Assembly: GCA_051251855.1 (NCBI GenBank)
Contig: JBPOGI010000001.1
Location: 288,001-352,000, forward strand
From: Roseibacillus sp.
Lineage (GTDB): Bacteria; Verrucomicrobiota; Verrucomicrobiia; Verrucomicrobiales; Akkermansiaceae
DNA length: 64,000 nt
Direction of reading: 5' to 3'
Shown here: positions 38,301-45,711 of the stretch, piece after piece
Position numbering within the stretch: the first letter of the stretch is position 1
Layout of the letters: each line of letters opens with the position of its first letter
Program-made: the position numbers and the translations under genes
The notes under the pieces: generated by a model
Databases searched by the model: none
Told to the model about the DNA's origin: nothing
What the model saw: only the letters and a program-made list of their open reading frames with translations

Positions 38301-39353
38301 GAATTGACGACGGTGGTATCGCCGAAGGGTGACCTTTTTACGGCCGTGAAGTTACAGATGAAGGTGATTCAGCGGAGCACGCTGCGGATTGCTTTTGAAG
38401 CAGAGGGTGAGCTCTTCAATGTTTTTGTGAATGGCGAAAGTGTGGGGGTGGTGCGTGATGGTGCCGGCTACCTCTTCTATGTTGTGCCGGGAACGGGCGG
38501 AAGCGAGGCAGAGGTTGAGTTCGCTTATGCCGTCGATGGAGATGCCGGGAAGACCTTGGCTTTGCAGAGTCCTGAGATTTCGGTTCCTTTGGAGAATATT
38601 GAGTGGCGCGTGATTGTTCCCGAAGGTTACGAGCTGAACGATATTGGTGGTGACTTGGAGTTGAAAGAAGAGGAGGGGAGTAAGTTCTTTGGCAAGGATT
38701 CCTACCTTTCTTCGATTAAGAGTCGTTCGATGTTAGAGAAGAAAAAGGCTCAGGCTGCTTTCGATAAGGCAGACAGTCTTCTGCAGGCGGGTCAGCAGGC
38801 GGAGGCGTTGCAGCTCTATCAGAATGTGGCGAACAACTACAACTTGGATGGCGCGACCAATGAGGATGCGCGGGTGAAATTGAATCGAGTGCAGACCGAT
38901 CAGGTAGTGGCTGGATTGAACTCACGGCGTCAGCGGCTCTATCTCGACAACCGAGTGGAGGATATCGGTGGGTTTAGGAATAGCCAGTTAGAGATGGCGG
39001 CAGCTTCGAACGCGATTTTGACGGGAGACGTGAATTTCCGCCCTGACCAATTAGAGGCTTTGTTGGTCGGGAACTCGTTGGAGGAGAATGATTTTTTACG
39101 CCGTATTGCGGACCGTCTTGTGAAGCATCAGAAAGCGAGTGAGCCTGCTCCGCAGGCGATTTCGGTTCCTGTTCCGGAGGAGGGGAAAGTCTTTATTTTC
39201 CGTCGCTCAGTGAGAGTGGATGAAGATAAGCCGCTGGCGCTGGAGATGGCGCTTCAGCGGGATGGGTCGGCGAGCATGGTGAGGTTGATTCTCGTTGGGT
39301 TGTTGTTGGTGACTGGCGCTGGGTGTGTGGCGTTTGGAGTTCGGAAGGCTTGA
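32370..39353 (+). CDS. Very large hypothetical membrane protein with repeated beta-sandwich-like domains
   Basis: 2327-aa open frame with ATGA coupling to the vWA gene; N-terminal signal-like segment, central TM cluster, C-terminal TM. Exact start uncertain. Confidence 0.85.
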   Translation: MRTMKREFVMMKSVWNLVSGVFGRGCENRFGGAPTLSGEPGRRPALPVTVLALAFTFAQAEEASVTIDVKGKEPVPVYYSAVVEHGVSIDGELVTHEAEISVKLIQGEAKTFSFALLGGGEVTGVESLGEGESVLESWATRQGESSAFLDITVKAQAKSYRFAVKAEQDLVELPEETWMWNLGPGDAVGFKAELAVAVEPGTVAEFDKLIGVTPERKEEEKTGWKNLLGAGPVTRKLVTTTGGEIYLIVRKDGVPVEKIELLGASLTGGVDEESEAAAFVLRGELVAHDEGVVLPLLGGGAAVPKLPSIEGLRFFVKDEHYFVEAEKAGRYELSLSFVAKLIREAEGSRIYFTTPSTTVLPLDLAGLDGVKFSDGLAVQPVLKDGIWQGYVPASGLVSLGWSEAGEEEDGALFFSSEGLVDIQVGAGLLRQDSYLGLRILQGEMEEVLLELAGPGDVLAVEGDDVLSWERGEEGLRVRFKEAAGQQVRLRVRSQVALEAFPVESETLRIRPEGTVRHAGYLRVRNEGAVRLEVGSVEGLMQLAPNEFPGEEVQARQQFVYRFPTNEYAVSLEASQISPEVSIAETLVYELGDSDRSIQADVELDIREAALREWEMSVPADYSVVSVSGAKVGDYVVGSEAQEGLRVLRVIFSEEVSGRQLVSLYLEKNEPVEEGEWILPRIVHAEAKAVRGDVGVVGAPGFRVTIGAIDKLAEKPLSFFPKKSEGLQLAFRERERDWAATLQVERLPRSVEADVFHLYSLKDGTAFGSVVVNYFITGSPVDEWKLRVPENAGNVAIDGQNVRTWRREGNEVIVTLQQPVIGLYTLLLTCEEVVGAQGGEVRPGRVEPLGVRGERGFVQVVSPVQVKSQVGTASDGLLKLDALELPAEFRLSSSAPSLAVYQYTERPFELAMNVEWYEPGETVAQVVEFAEAKSRISRDGEVVTDAVYSVKTRGGRVLRLGLPEGVRLWEVRVNGEAVNARKDGDATLVPLPAGADANETVEVKVRFGRSAVSATHPKLELPTVAAPVLKTEWNIKGDERRRLVLRSEETNALESGVSGFNWVGGKGLLPTALLMALLAGAAVLGRKTRIGGTIVLGLALALLVLLVIASQYVPQEGSSQLDVGVPVLAPGEVVDVKVGNYEKEGARWSMESLAAILVGLIWAGYGLVTRAKAWHVFGGLLVAGAGCLWMEGGAFWFFILLAVMVAVMIWCLWACKPKSKKEKPEGPSENGGSKAAATALLLLSSGLFFGEPAQGEVLGAAESLSQKWTVDDDRISASAALSLRGEVGDVYRLLGSGVTLKEFAGEGLRLGSDGDGYLVTIVEVAGTDTLEEPVATDPFGGGDEVEEVSPEVAVDSGERTATFSYEIRQAPNEVRIPTGIAAAHVLEVTLQKSGWSIRCEKAAQVTESEVEGASVAELILLPRAEALVVMKPRERDPLKEETTYFVEVGNAYVPGPGLLEGRHLVEVQPSQGVVRQLKMVVPEGLAVSDVSDGPVADWRFSAESRELVVDLNKPQSVAFSIFVVTQKSLGSLPLDLAVQPLRVLGAERELGLMGIAFRGEAQSERIEVTGLLEVNLSDFTSGLLRKDVEVLHRAYRYNAEEAEARLRMVPVAPEVRVTTEEVLSLGAERTLLKVTAKVDITRAGIFRFSFAVPDGFEVESLSGESMSHWNESGEGADRVVTVHLKGQTLGSQNFSLVLSRTGALSEEESVEGDAEAGWTVPKFVIVEAARQTGQLVVRAEQGLRLRTLSRKNVSEVDPRSAGASSKDGAALAFRLLQKEWELALGIERLDPWVTGQVLQEVTLREGQTRNLVVASLKVENAAVRRVLVRFSNLSEEMAKTLRASGSAVSGISPVEGEEGLWEIGFKRRVIGNQQLRIEWERTGERADGVDSVQALVFPELRQVSSYVALRAGAQLEVTLGDLTEGWYRLDWNAVPSELRDAGAGGIPALALRSGASPLQVSVTRHAVAEALKLRVSKGELTTVVSPKGDLFTAVKLQMKVIQRSTLRIAFEAEGELFNVFVNGESVGVVRDGAGYLFYVVPGTGGSEAEVEFAYAVDGDAGKTLALQSPEISVPLENIEWRVIVPEGYELNDIGGDLELKEEEGSKFFGKDSYLSSIKSRSMLEKKKAQAAFDKADSLLQAGQQAEALQLYQNVANNYNLDGATNEDARVKLNRVQTDQVVAGLNSRRQRLYLDNRVEDIGGFRNSQLEMAAASNAILTGDVNFRPDQLEALLVGNSLEENDFLRRIADRLVKHQKASEPAPQAISVPVPEEGKVFIFRRSVRVDEDKPLALEMALQRDGSASMVRLILVGLLLVTGAGCVAFGVRKA

Positions 39354-39427
39354 GTGTTAACCTTTGGTGCGAGTGGGGGCACTCGCGGTCCTTGATAGAA
39401 TGCAGAGGCTGAGAGAGTAGGGGATGG

Positions 39428-40921
39428 ATGAAGATTATTCTTTCTCTAGGTCTCTTTCTAATGGCGAGCTTGTCGGCTGTCGCGGCTGAGCGGCCGAATA
39501 TTCTTTGGATTTTTTCGGAGGATTTGTCGCCCTATATGGGGTGTTACGGGGATCCGATTAACAAAGAGCATACGCCAGCGATTGACCAGTTTGCGAAGGA
39601 GGGGGTTCTTTTTAAGAGAGCCTATATGCCCGCTCCGGTGTGTTCGGCTTGTCGCTCGGCGATGATTACAGGGGTTTATCAAACGACGACGGGAACGCAT
39701 CAGCATCGCTCTTCTCGTTGGCCAAATGGGAAGTTGGTGCCTGAAGAAGTGCGGATTCAATTGCCCGAAGGGATGAAGACGGTGCCAGAGCTGTTTCGGG
39801 ATGCTGGTTACTTCACCTTTAACGCGGGTAAGGATGATTACAATTTTCATTACGATCGCAGGGCTCTCTACAGCGTGGGTACGGCTTCGATGTACGAGGT
39901 CGGAATGAATGGATGGCAGGGGAATAAGGCTGAGCCTATTAATACCTTCACCCAACATACTTGGGGTGATTGTCCCGAGGATCAGCCTTGGTTTGGGCAA
40001 ATTATGATTTGGGGCGGGAAGGCGAATGCGAAGCATGTGCGCAAGGGAGAGAAGTTGGCAAATGATGAGGTGCCTTTGCCTCCCTACTTCCCTGAGACGC
40101 CTGGGTTAAGGAGCGGTTGGACAACGCACTACAATGCGGCACGGGGGGCGGACAAGCAGGTGGAGGATATCTTGGCGCAGTTGAAGGAGGACGGGCAGAT
40201 AGAGAATACGATTGTGTTTTTCTTTTCGGACCATGGGAATAATCAATCATTGCGACACAAGCAGTTTTGCTACGAAGGTGGGGTGCATGTGCCGTTGATG
40301 GTTCAGGGGAAGCACCCAAAGCTGCAGGCGGGAGTAGTGCGTGATGATTTAGTGCTTGGGTTGGATGTTTCGGCGACGACGCTGGCACTGGCAGAGATTG
40401 AGGTGCCTGATTATTTTCATGGGCGTGACTTGTTTGCAGAAGAGCATAGCCCTCGTGATTACGTGGTTTCGGCTCGAGACCGATGTGATTACACCATTGA
40501 TCGCAGTCGCACAGTACGGACAGAGAAGTATCGTTATATTCGTAACTATTACCCTGAGCGGGCATTGTTGCAGCCTCAGTATCGGGACAAGCAGGCAGCG
40601 GTGATTGAGTTTCGAGCTCTGCATGAGGAAGGGAAACTGTCAGATTATCAGGAGGAGCATTGGTTTGGGATTCGTCCTGAGGAAGAGCTCTACAATATTG
40701 CGGAGGACCCGCATCAAATGACGAATCTTGCGCTCAACTCTGAATTTGGACAGGAGTTGAAGAAGCATCGTGAGATTCTGGACAAGTGGATTGTCGAGAC
40801 CGGTGATCAAGGGGAAGTTGCAGAGAGTGCTACGTCCTTGCGTCCGACTTATGAACTCTGGAAAGACAATCCGATTTTTAAGAATGCGAAGGTCAATCCG
40901 GAGTATGAGCAGTTTCGTTAG
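39428..40921 (+). CDS. Sulfatase (formylglycine-dependent S1 family)
   Basis: Signal peptide, RPNILWIFSEDL, active-site PVCSACRS, FFSDHG, EELYN...DPHQM. Confidence 0.92.
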   Translation: MKIILSLGLFLMASLSAVAAERPNILWIFSEDLSPYMGCYGDPINKEHTPAIDQFAKEGVLFKRAYMPAPVCSACRSAMITGVYQTTTGTHQHRSSRWPNGKLVPEEVRIQLPEGMKTVPELFRDAGYFTFNAGKDDYNFHYDRRALYSVGTASMYEVGMNGWQGNKAEPINTFTQHTWGDCPEDQPWFGQIMIWGGKANAKHVRKGEKLANDEVPLPPYFPETPGLRSGWTTHYNAARGADKQVEDILAQLKEDGQIENTIVFFFSDHGNNQSLRHKQFCYEGGVHVPLMVQGKHPKLQAGVVRDDLVLGLDVSATTLALAEIEVPDYFHGRDLFAEEHSPRDYVVSARDRCDYTIDRSRTVRTEKYRYIRNYYPERALLQPQYRDKQAAVIEFRALHEEGKLSDYQEEHWFGIRPEEELYNIAEDPHQMTNLALNSEFGQELKKHREILDKWIVETGDQGEVAESATSLRPTYELWKDNPIFKNAKVNPEYEQFR

Positions 40922-41165
40922 AAGGAGGGGGGCGACTTTAGTTGCCCAGATTCGAGCAGACTGCTTATGGATGACTGAAGTCGAATGGCTCTGTGTTGAG
41001 GTTCAAGGGGCTGGGGAGTAGGCAGACCTACCCTTAACTGACGACAATTTTAGGTGGTGGCTTGGAAAGACCACGCTCCCGTTTCCTTGCATTCGACCGA
41101 AGTTGGCTCTCCTTTCTGAGAAAGAGATGCTTGCGTCCTAACGATTCCCGGCTCACCTTCGTTGC

Positions 41166-41259
41166 GGAGAGTTATGCGTGCCTGGTGGCCGCCGCGGTCT
41201 TCAAAACCGTTGAAGCTTCTAACGGGGCTTGGTGGGTTCGATTCCTTCACTCTCCGCCA
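41166..41259 (+). tRNA. selC: tRNA-Sec (anticodon UCA)
   Basis: Acceptor GGAGAGT/ACTCTCC with G discriminator and encoded CCA. Long D stem with TGGT tetraloop; anticodon arm GCGGT-CTTCAAA-ACCGT; long variable arm AAGCTTC/GGGGCTT; T loop TTCGATT. Confidence 0.93.
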
Positions 41260-41292
41260 AACGCCACCCCAGTTTTCTGGGGTGGCGTTTGG
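41257..41292 (+). terminator. Strong hairpin directly after selC (probable terminator)
   Basis: Perfect 16-bp stem CCAAACGCCACCCCAG-tttt-CTGGGGTGGCGTTTGG; the T tail is weak. Confidence 0.65.
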
Positions 41293-41535
41293 TATTTCAG
41301 GGAAGAATGAGAAAGCGTCTGAGCAGTGAACGAAGGAGGGATTGAGCTTCATGGAGGATGGAAAGGGGGAGCTGAGCCCGAAATCGGCAGGTCTTCTAGA
41401 CCGTGGGGGATTTTGTGGTTTTGTAAGAAAGGGTGAAGGCTGAAAACGAAATTCCTCTCTTGTTTGAGGGCTTTGGAGATCAGGTTGTCAGAGATTGCTT
41501 CCACCTTGGAGACTGAGCGATACTGTGGGGGAGTG

Positions 41536-42960
41536 ATGTTGCGAATCTATTGTCAGCTCTTTTTTCTCGGCTGGGCTTCTCTACTTAGTGGACAAGAGAA
41601 TCCCCAGCCTAACTTCTTGATTCTCTTGGCTGATGATATCAGTGCGTCAAGTTTGGGGTGTTATGGTTCGAAGAATGCAAACACTTCTCCCCACATTGAT
41701 CGACTTGCGAAGGAAGGGGTTTGCTTCACCAATATGTTCGTGTCGGAAGCGATTTGTGCTCCGGCGAGGGCGGAGCTTTACACGGGATTGCAGCCTCATC
41801 GCAACGGATGTTCGGTGAATCATCAGGCGACTCGAAAGGATGTCTTGAGCGTGGTTCAACACTTGGAGCCTCTGGGTTATCGTGTGGGTCTTGCGGGTAA
41901 GACTCACATCAAACCTCAGTCGGTCTATCCTTTTGAAAAAGTGAAGGGGTTTCCAGCTAACGCCAACGTGAAGAACACACCTGATGCTGATTGGTCTGGG
42001 GTTAAGGACTTTATCTCTCGTGATTCTGCGGAGCCTTTTTGTCTCTTTATTTGCTCCATCCATGCTCATTCTCCGTGGGATTCAGGGGACCCATCCTTTT
42101 GGAAGTTGGCTGACCTCAAGCTTCCTCCTCATTTAGGTGATACTCCGAAGACGCGTCACTTTTTTCGAGAGTATCTTGCTGAAGTTCGTCTCTTTGATGA
42201 CCAAGTCGGGCGAGCACGTACTTTATTGGAAGAGTTGGGGTTAGAACAGAATACGGTGCTTATTGTTCTTGATGAGAACGGCGCAGGGATGCCGTGTGGT
42301 AAGTGGACGAACTATGATTGGGGAGTAAGGTCGGCCTGTGTGATGAAGTGGCCTCATTTAGGGGGAGATGCCTTCGTGACGGAGGCGTTAGCGCAGTATT
42401 GCGATATCGTTCCTACCTTGATTGATGCGGCGGGTGGGAAGGTGCCTAAAGAGCTGGATGGACAGAGTCTGTTGCCCTTGCTTTCTGGGAAAACGAATCA
42501 GCACCGCGAGGAGGCGTTCTTTACTTATACGAGTGGTCCGGTTGGCCCTCCGTTTGTGTCGCGAGCTGTTACGGATGGACAGTTTAAGTTGATGTGGAAC
42601 CTTACACCTGAGCGTTTATTCGGAGTGCGAACCATCAATGGCTTTGATTTTGGATACGTGGATCAGATGGAAGACCGCCATGTGCGCCAAGTCTATCAGT
42701 CCTGGCTTGAGAAGGAAGATGAGGACGAGGCTATCGCGGAGGCCATTCAGCGTTTTCGCAAACAGCCGGAATTCCAACTTTATGATTTATCAAAGGACCC
42801 ATGGGAGCGGGAGAACCTTGCTCTGAAGCCTGAGTTTGCGACGAGAGTGAAGGAGATGAAAGAGTCGATCTTGGCTTGGATGGATCAGCAGGGGGATGAG
42901 GGAGCGGTCTGGAAAAAAGCCGCAGGCTCTGAGAACTCTAAAAAGAGGGCTCAGGAGTAA
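41536..42960 (+). CDS. Sulfatase (S1 family)
   Basis: ATG at 41536 with signal peptide; QPNFLILLADD, SPHIDRLAKEG, ICAPARAELYTG (CxPxR), QLYDLSKDPWE. Confidence 0.92.
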   Translation: MLRIYCQLFFLGWASLLSGQENPQPNFLILLADDISASSLGCYGSKNANTSPHIDRLAKEGVCFTNMFVSEAICAPARAELYTGLQPHRNGCSVNHQATRKDVLSVVQHLEPLGYRVGLAGKTHIKPQSVYPFEKVKGFPANANVKNTPDADWSGVKDFISRDSAEPFCLFICSIHAHSPWDSGDPSFWKLADLKLPPHLGDTPKTRHFFREYLAEVRLFDDQVGRARTLLEELGLEQNTVLIVLDENGAGMPCGKWTNYDWGVRSACVMKWPHLGGDAFVTEALAQYCDIVPTLIDAAGGKVPKELDGQSLLPLLSGKTNQHREEAFFTYTSGPVGPPFVSRAVTDGQFKLMWNLTPERLFGVRTINGFDFGYVDQMEDRHVRQVYQSWLEKEDEDEAIAEAIQRFRKQPEFQLYDLSKDPWERENLALKPEFATRVKEMKESILAWMDQQGDEGAVWKKAAGSENSKKRAQE

Positions 42961-42977
42961 GAAGAGATTTTTAGCCT

Positions 42978-43183
42978 TCTGGAGTGCAGTTGCTTGCTAC
43001 TGCTTTGAGGTGGATGGGGATTGTTCTGTGGTGGTGTTTGGAAGAGGAAAACTCGCTTGCTTGAGTGTGTGGAATCGGTGGACTGGGGCGCGGGGATGGT
43101 CGCGAGGTTGGAGCAGCAAGCGGCTCCTTTTCCAGGGGCGAGGGCAGGACTAAGGTGCGGCAGCAAGCTGCGCGCACTCTAGA
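42978..43183. repeat. GGAGTGC-type REP-like inverted repeat between convergent genes
   Basis: Imperfect terminal arms TCTGGAGTGCAGTTGCTTGCTACTGC and GCGGCAGCAAGCTGCGCGCACTCTAGA, with inner GCTTGCT/AGCAAGC copies. Confidence 0.7.
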
Positions 43184-43203
43184 GTGGTACTAGATGTCCC
43201 TTC

Positions 43204-45711
43204 TTAAATTCGACGGAGGATGAGGCTGGCAAGGAGAAAGAACAGGGCTGCGAAGCCAAACCAAGGGAGGGCGGGGCGTCGGATGCGGACGTCTTGCAGG
43301 TTGCTGCGGATGGCATCGATTTGGAAGGGGGTGGTTTTGGCGAGTTGGGGAGGGAGTTCGCGGCGGAGGCGGTATTCGGTGGGGTAGGAGGCGGCCCATT
43401 GCAGGGTCTTGCTTTTGCCGTAGACGGGGTCGGTGAGACGCAGAGCGAGGCGCTTGGCATCTCCAATGTCGACGGAGGCGAAGTAGCGTCCGAGGCCTAC
43501 TTCTGCGAGTTCCACGGGGCGGCTGACGCCGTTCTCGTCAAAGACCTCGGCGTCCCAGTCAATGGCGCCGAGCGGTTGTCCGGCTTCGTTGTTGCGGGTG
43601 ACTTCGACTTGCCAGCGTCCATTGGTGACTTCGCCTATCGCGCCGAGACCGACGGAGTTGTCTTTCTTGAGCGCGCCACGCAGGACTTGAGCCCAGAAGC
43701 TGCCGAAACCTTCCCAAGCCAGCCACTCGCCGCCCCAGCGTTCGGTCATATCGGCGGTGAAGGCGACTCCGGTGCCGAGGCCGAAGCGTCCCACCGCTAG
43801 GAGAGGGTCTCCGGATTCGCAGGCGAGGAGGACTTGGGCCGTGGGCTTGGCACGGGTCATGACGTAGCCAAGCACGAAGGGAAATTCAACGGACTCGTAG
43901 CCTGCCATCATGGGATGGTCGGTGACGGGGGCGCTGGCGTAGAGGTCTTCTTTGATGGCCGAGCGGGAGGCTTGCATGGTCTCGCGCGTGAAAATCTGGG
44001 GGACTTCTTGCGCTTCGGCGGCTTCGTAATAACGACCGCGTCCGGCTTCGGCCATTTCGGAGAGGAGGGCTCCGGCAGCTCCTCCCCCGAGGGCGACGGT
44101 GGAGACCGTGATACCGGAGTCGGCCATCTCTTGAGAAAGTTCGACCAGATTGGAGGGGTTGGTTTGGCCATCGGTCATGGCGATGATGTGTTTGATTTTA
44201 GCGGATGCGCCTTCGAGTATTTCGCGCGCTTGCACGATGGCAGGTTGCAGGTCGGTGCCTCCTGAGGCATCTAGCGAGTCGATGGCGCTCGCGATTTGGG
44301 CTTGGGCGCTGGCAGGGGTGAGTTCGCAGATGAGTTGGGGTTGACTGTCGAAGCCGATCACCGCGATTTGGTCGCGACCGCTCAGGAGTTCGGCGGTGGC
44401 GCGGGCGGCTTGGCGGGCCATGACGATGGGTTCGCCGCTCATGGAGCCTGATTTGTCGATGACGAGGACCATGGCGAGGGAGGGTTTTTCTTTTTCCTTC
44501 TCAAAGCGAGAAACGAGGGGAAGCACTTCTTCCACAGGGGTGCGGTAGTAGCCGCCGATACCGTAGGAGTTTTCGGAGCCGAGCATGACCAGGCCACCGC
44601 CGAACTTGGTGACGTAGTCTTTGAGCCAACGCATTTGTTCGGGGCGAAGGGAGGTGGCGGGGACGTCGGCGAGGACGATGCCGTCGAAGGCAAGGAGTCC
44701 GCGCAGGGAGTCGGGGAGTCCGCGCACGCCACGGAGGTCGAGTTCAATGCCTTGTTCGCGCAGGGCCCTGGCGGCGGCGCGCATCTTTTCGCTTTCGTCA
44801 TGGATGACGAGGACGCGGGGGCGACCGCGAACGGTGATGGTGAGGGCCGCTTTGTTGTTGATGGCGAAGTGGTCTTTCTCGGGGACGAGTTCAGCTTCCC
44901 AGACACTTTCGCCAGCGGTGACCATTTCGACGTCGATGTTTTCGATGATGGTCTTGCCGGCGACGAGTTCGACTCCCTTTTCGGCGACAGCGACACCGCG
45001 ATGAAGAATGCGGAGATTGGCCTTCATGTCGGTGTTGGCGATGAGGCGAGCGCGCAGGCGGGTGAGTTCGCCCTCAAAGGCAACCGTGGTGAGGGCTTCG
45101 AAGTCTTCGATGGCGGCTTCGGGCTCGCTGCGACCGGGCATTTTTTGCAAGCGAAGGTCGGTTTGCTCGTCTTTGAGTTGGGCAAAGATGCGGTCGAGAT
45201 CGCCTTCGACGGCACCATCGGAGAAGAGAACCACGCGGCGAGCTTTGTTGGCAGGGAAAGAGAGACGGGCCTCGGCGAGGGCGCCTTCGAGGTCACTCTG
45301 AGAGCGGAAAGCGGCATCGGCTTGGCCCTTTTCGCACTGAGCGATGAAGGTTTCTACTTCCTCGGGAGTGACGGACTTAGCGGTTTGGCCGAAGAGAAAG
45401 AGGCTCCAGGTGTCGGTGGGCTTGAGCTTGGTGTTGGCTTGATTGATTTCCTTCAATGCGTCGCGAAGAGAAGTGGCTTCGACAGACTCGGAGGCATCAA
45501 GAAGGTAGACGAGATGGAGGTCCTCGCTTTGGCGCACCCAAAAGGGACGGCAGAGCGCGAGGATGAGGAGGATGACGGCAAGAAGACGGCAGATGAAGCT
45601 GGCCCACTTAAAAAGTGGCGGGCGGTCCACTAGGGAGACGAAGAAGGCTGCACCCAGGACGGGGATAAGCAGGAGGGCCCAGAGGGGCGTGAGATTTAAA
45701 AATTCGATCAT
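43204..45711 (-). CDS. Membrane protein with two vWA domains and a GATase1-like domain
   Basis: Real start MIEFLNLTPLWALLL at 45711 (ATGA overlap). MIDAS motifs DASES and DKSGS; FDGIVLADVP...GGGLVMLGSENSYGIGGY..TPVEEVLP; C-terminal TM. Confidence 0.88.
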   Translation of the reverse strand: MIEFLNLTPLWALLLIPVLGAAFFVSLVDRPPLFKWASFICRLLAVILLILALCRPFWVRQSEDLHLVYLLDASESVEATSLRDALKEINQANTKLKPTDTWSLFLFGQTAKSVTPEEVETFIAQCEKGQADAAFRSQSDLEGALAEARLSFPANKARRVVLFSDGAVEGDLDRIFAQLKDEQTDLRLQKMPGRSEPEAAIEDFEALTTVAFEGELTRLRARLIANTDMKANLRILHRGVAVAEKGVELVAGKTIIENIDVEMVTAGESVWEAELVPEKDHFAINNKAALTITVRGRPRVLVIHDESEKMRAAARALREQGIELDLRGVRGLPDSLRGLLAFDGIVLADVPATSLRPEQMRWLKDYVTKFGGGLVMLGSENSYGIGGYYRTPVEEVLPLVSRFEKEKEKPSLAMVLVIDKSGSMSGEPIVMARQAARATAELLSGRDQIAVIGFDSQPQLICELTPASAQAQIASAIDSLDASGGTDLQPAIVQAREILEGASAKIKHIIAMTDGQTNPSNLVELSQEMADSGITVSTVALGGGAAGALLSEMAEAGRGRYYEAAEAQEVPQIFTRETMQASRSAIKEDLYASAPVTDHPMMAGYESVEFPFVLGYVMTRAKPTAQVLLACESGDPLLAVGRFGLGTGVAFTADMTERWGGEWLAWEGFGSFWAQVLRGALKKDNSVGLGAIGEVTNGRWQVEVTRNNEAGQPLGAIDWDAEVFDENGVSRPVELAEVGLGRYFASVDIGDAKRLALRLTDPVYGKSKTLQWAASYPTEYRLRRELPPQLAKTTPFQIDAIRSNLQDVRIRRPALPWFGFAALFFLLASLILRRI

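Noticed and set aside
39640..39657. Sulfatase motif CSACR rather than CxPxR
   Set aside because: CxAxR is a known functional variant.
41166..43200. Genomic island integrated at selC
   Set aside because: No integrase and no duplicated tRNA 3' end seen in the window.
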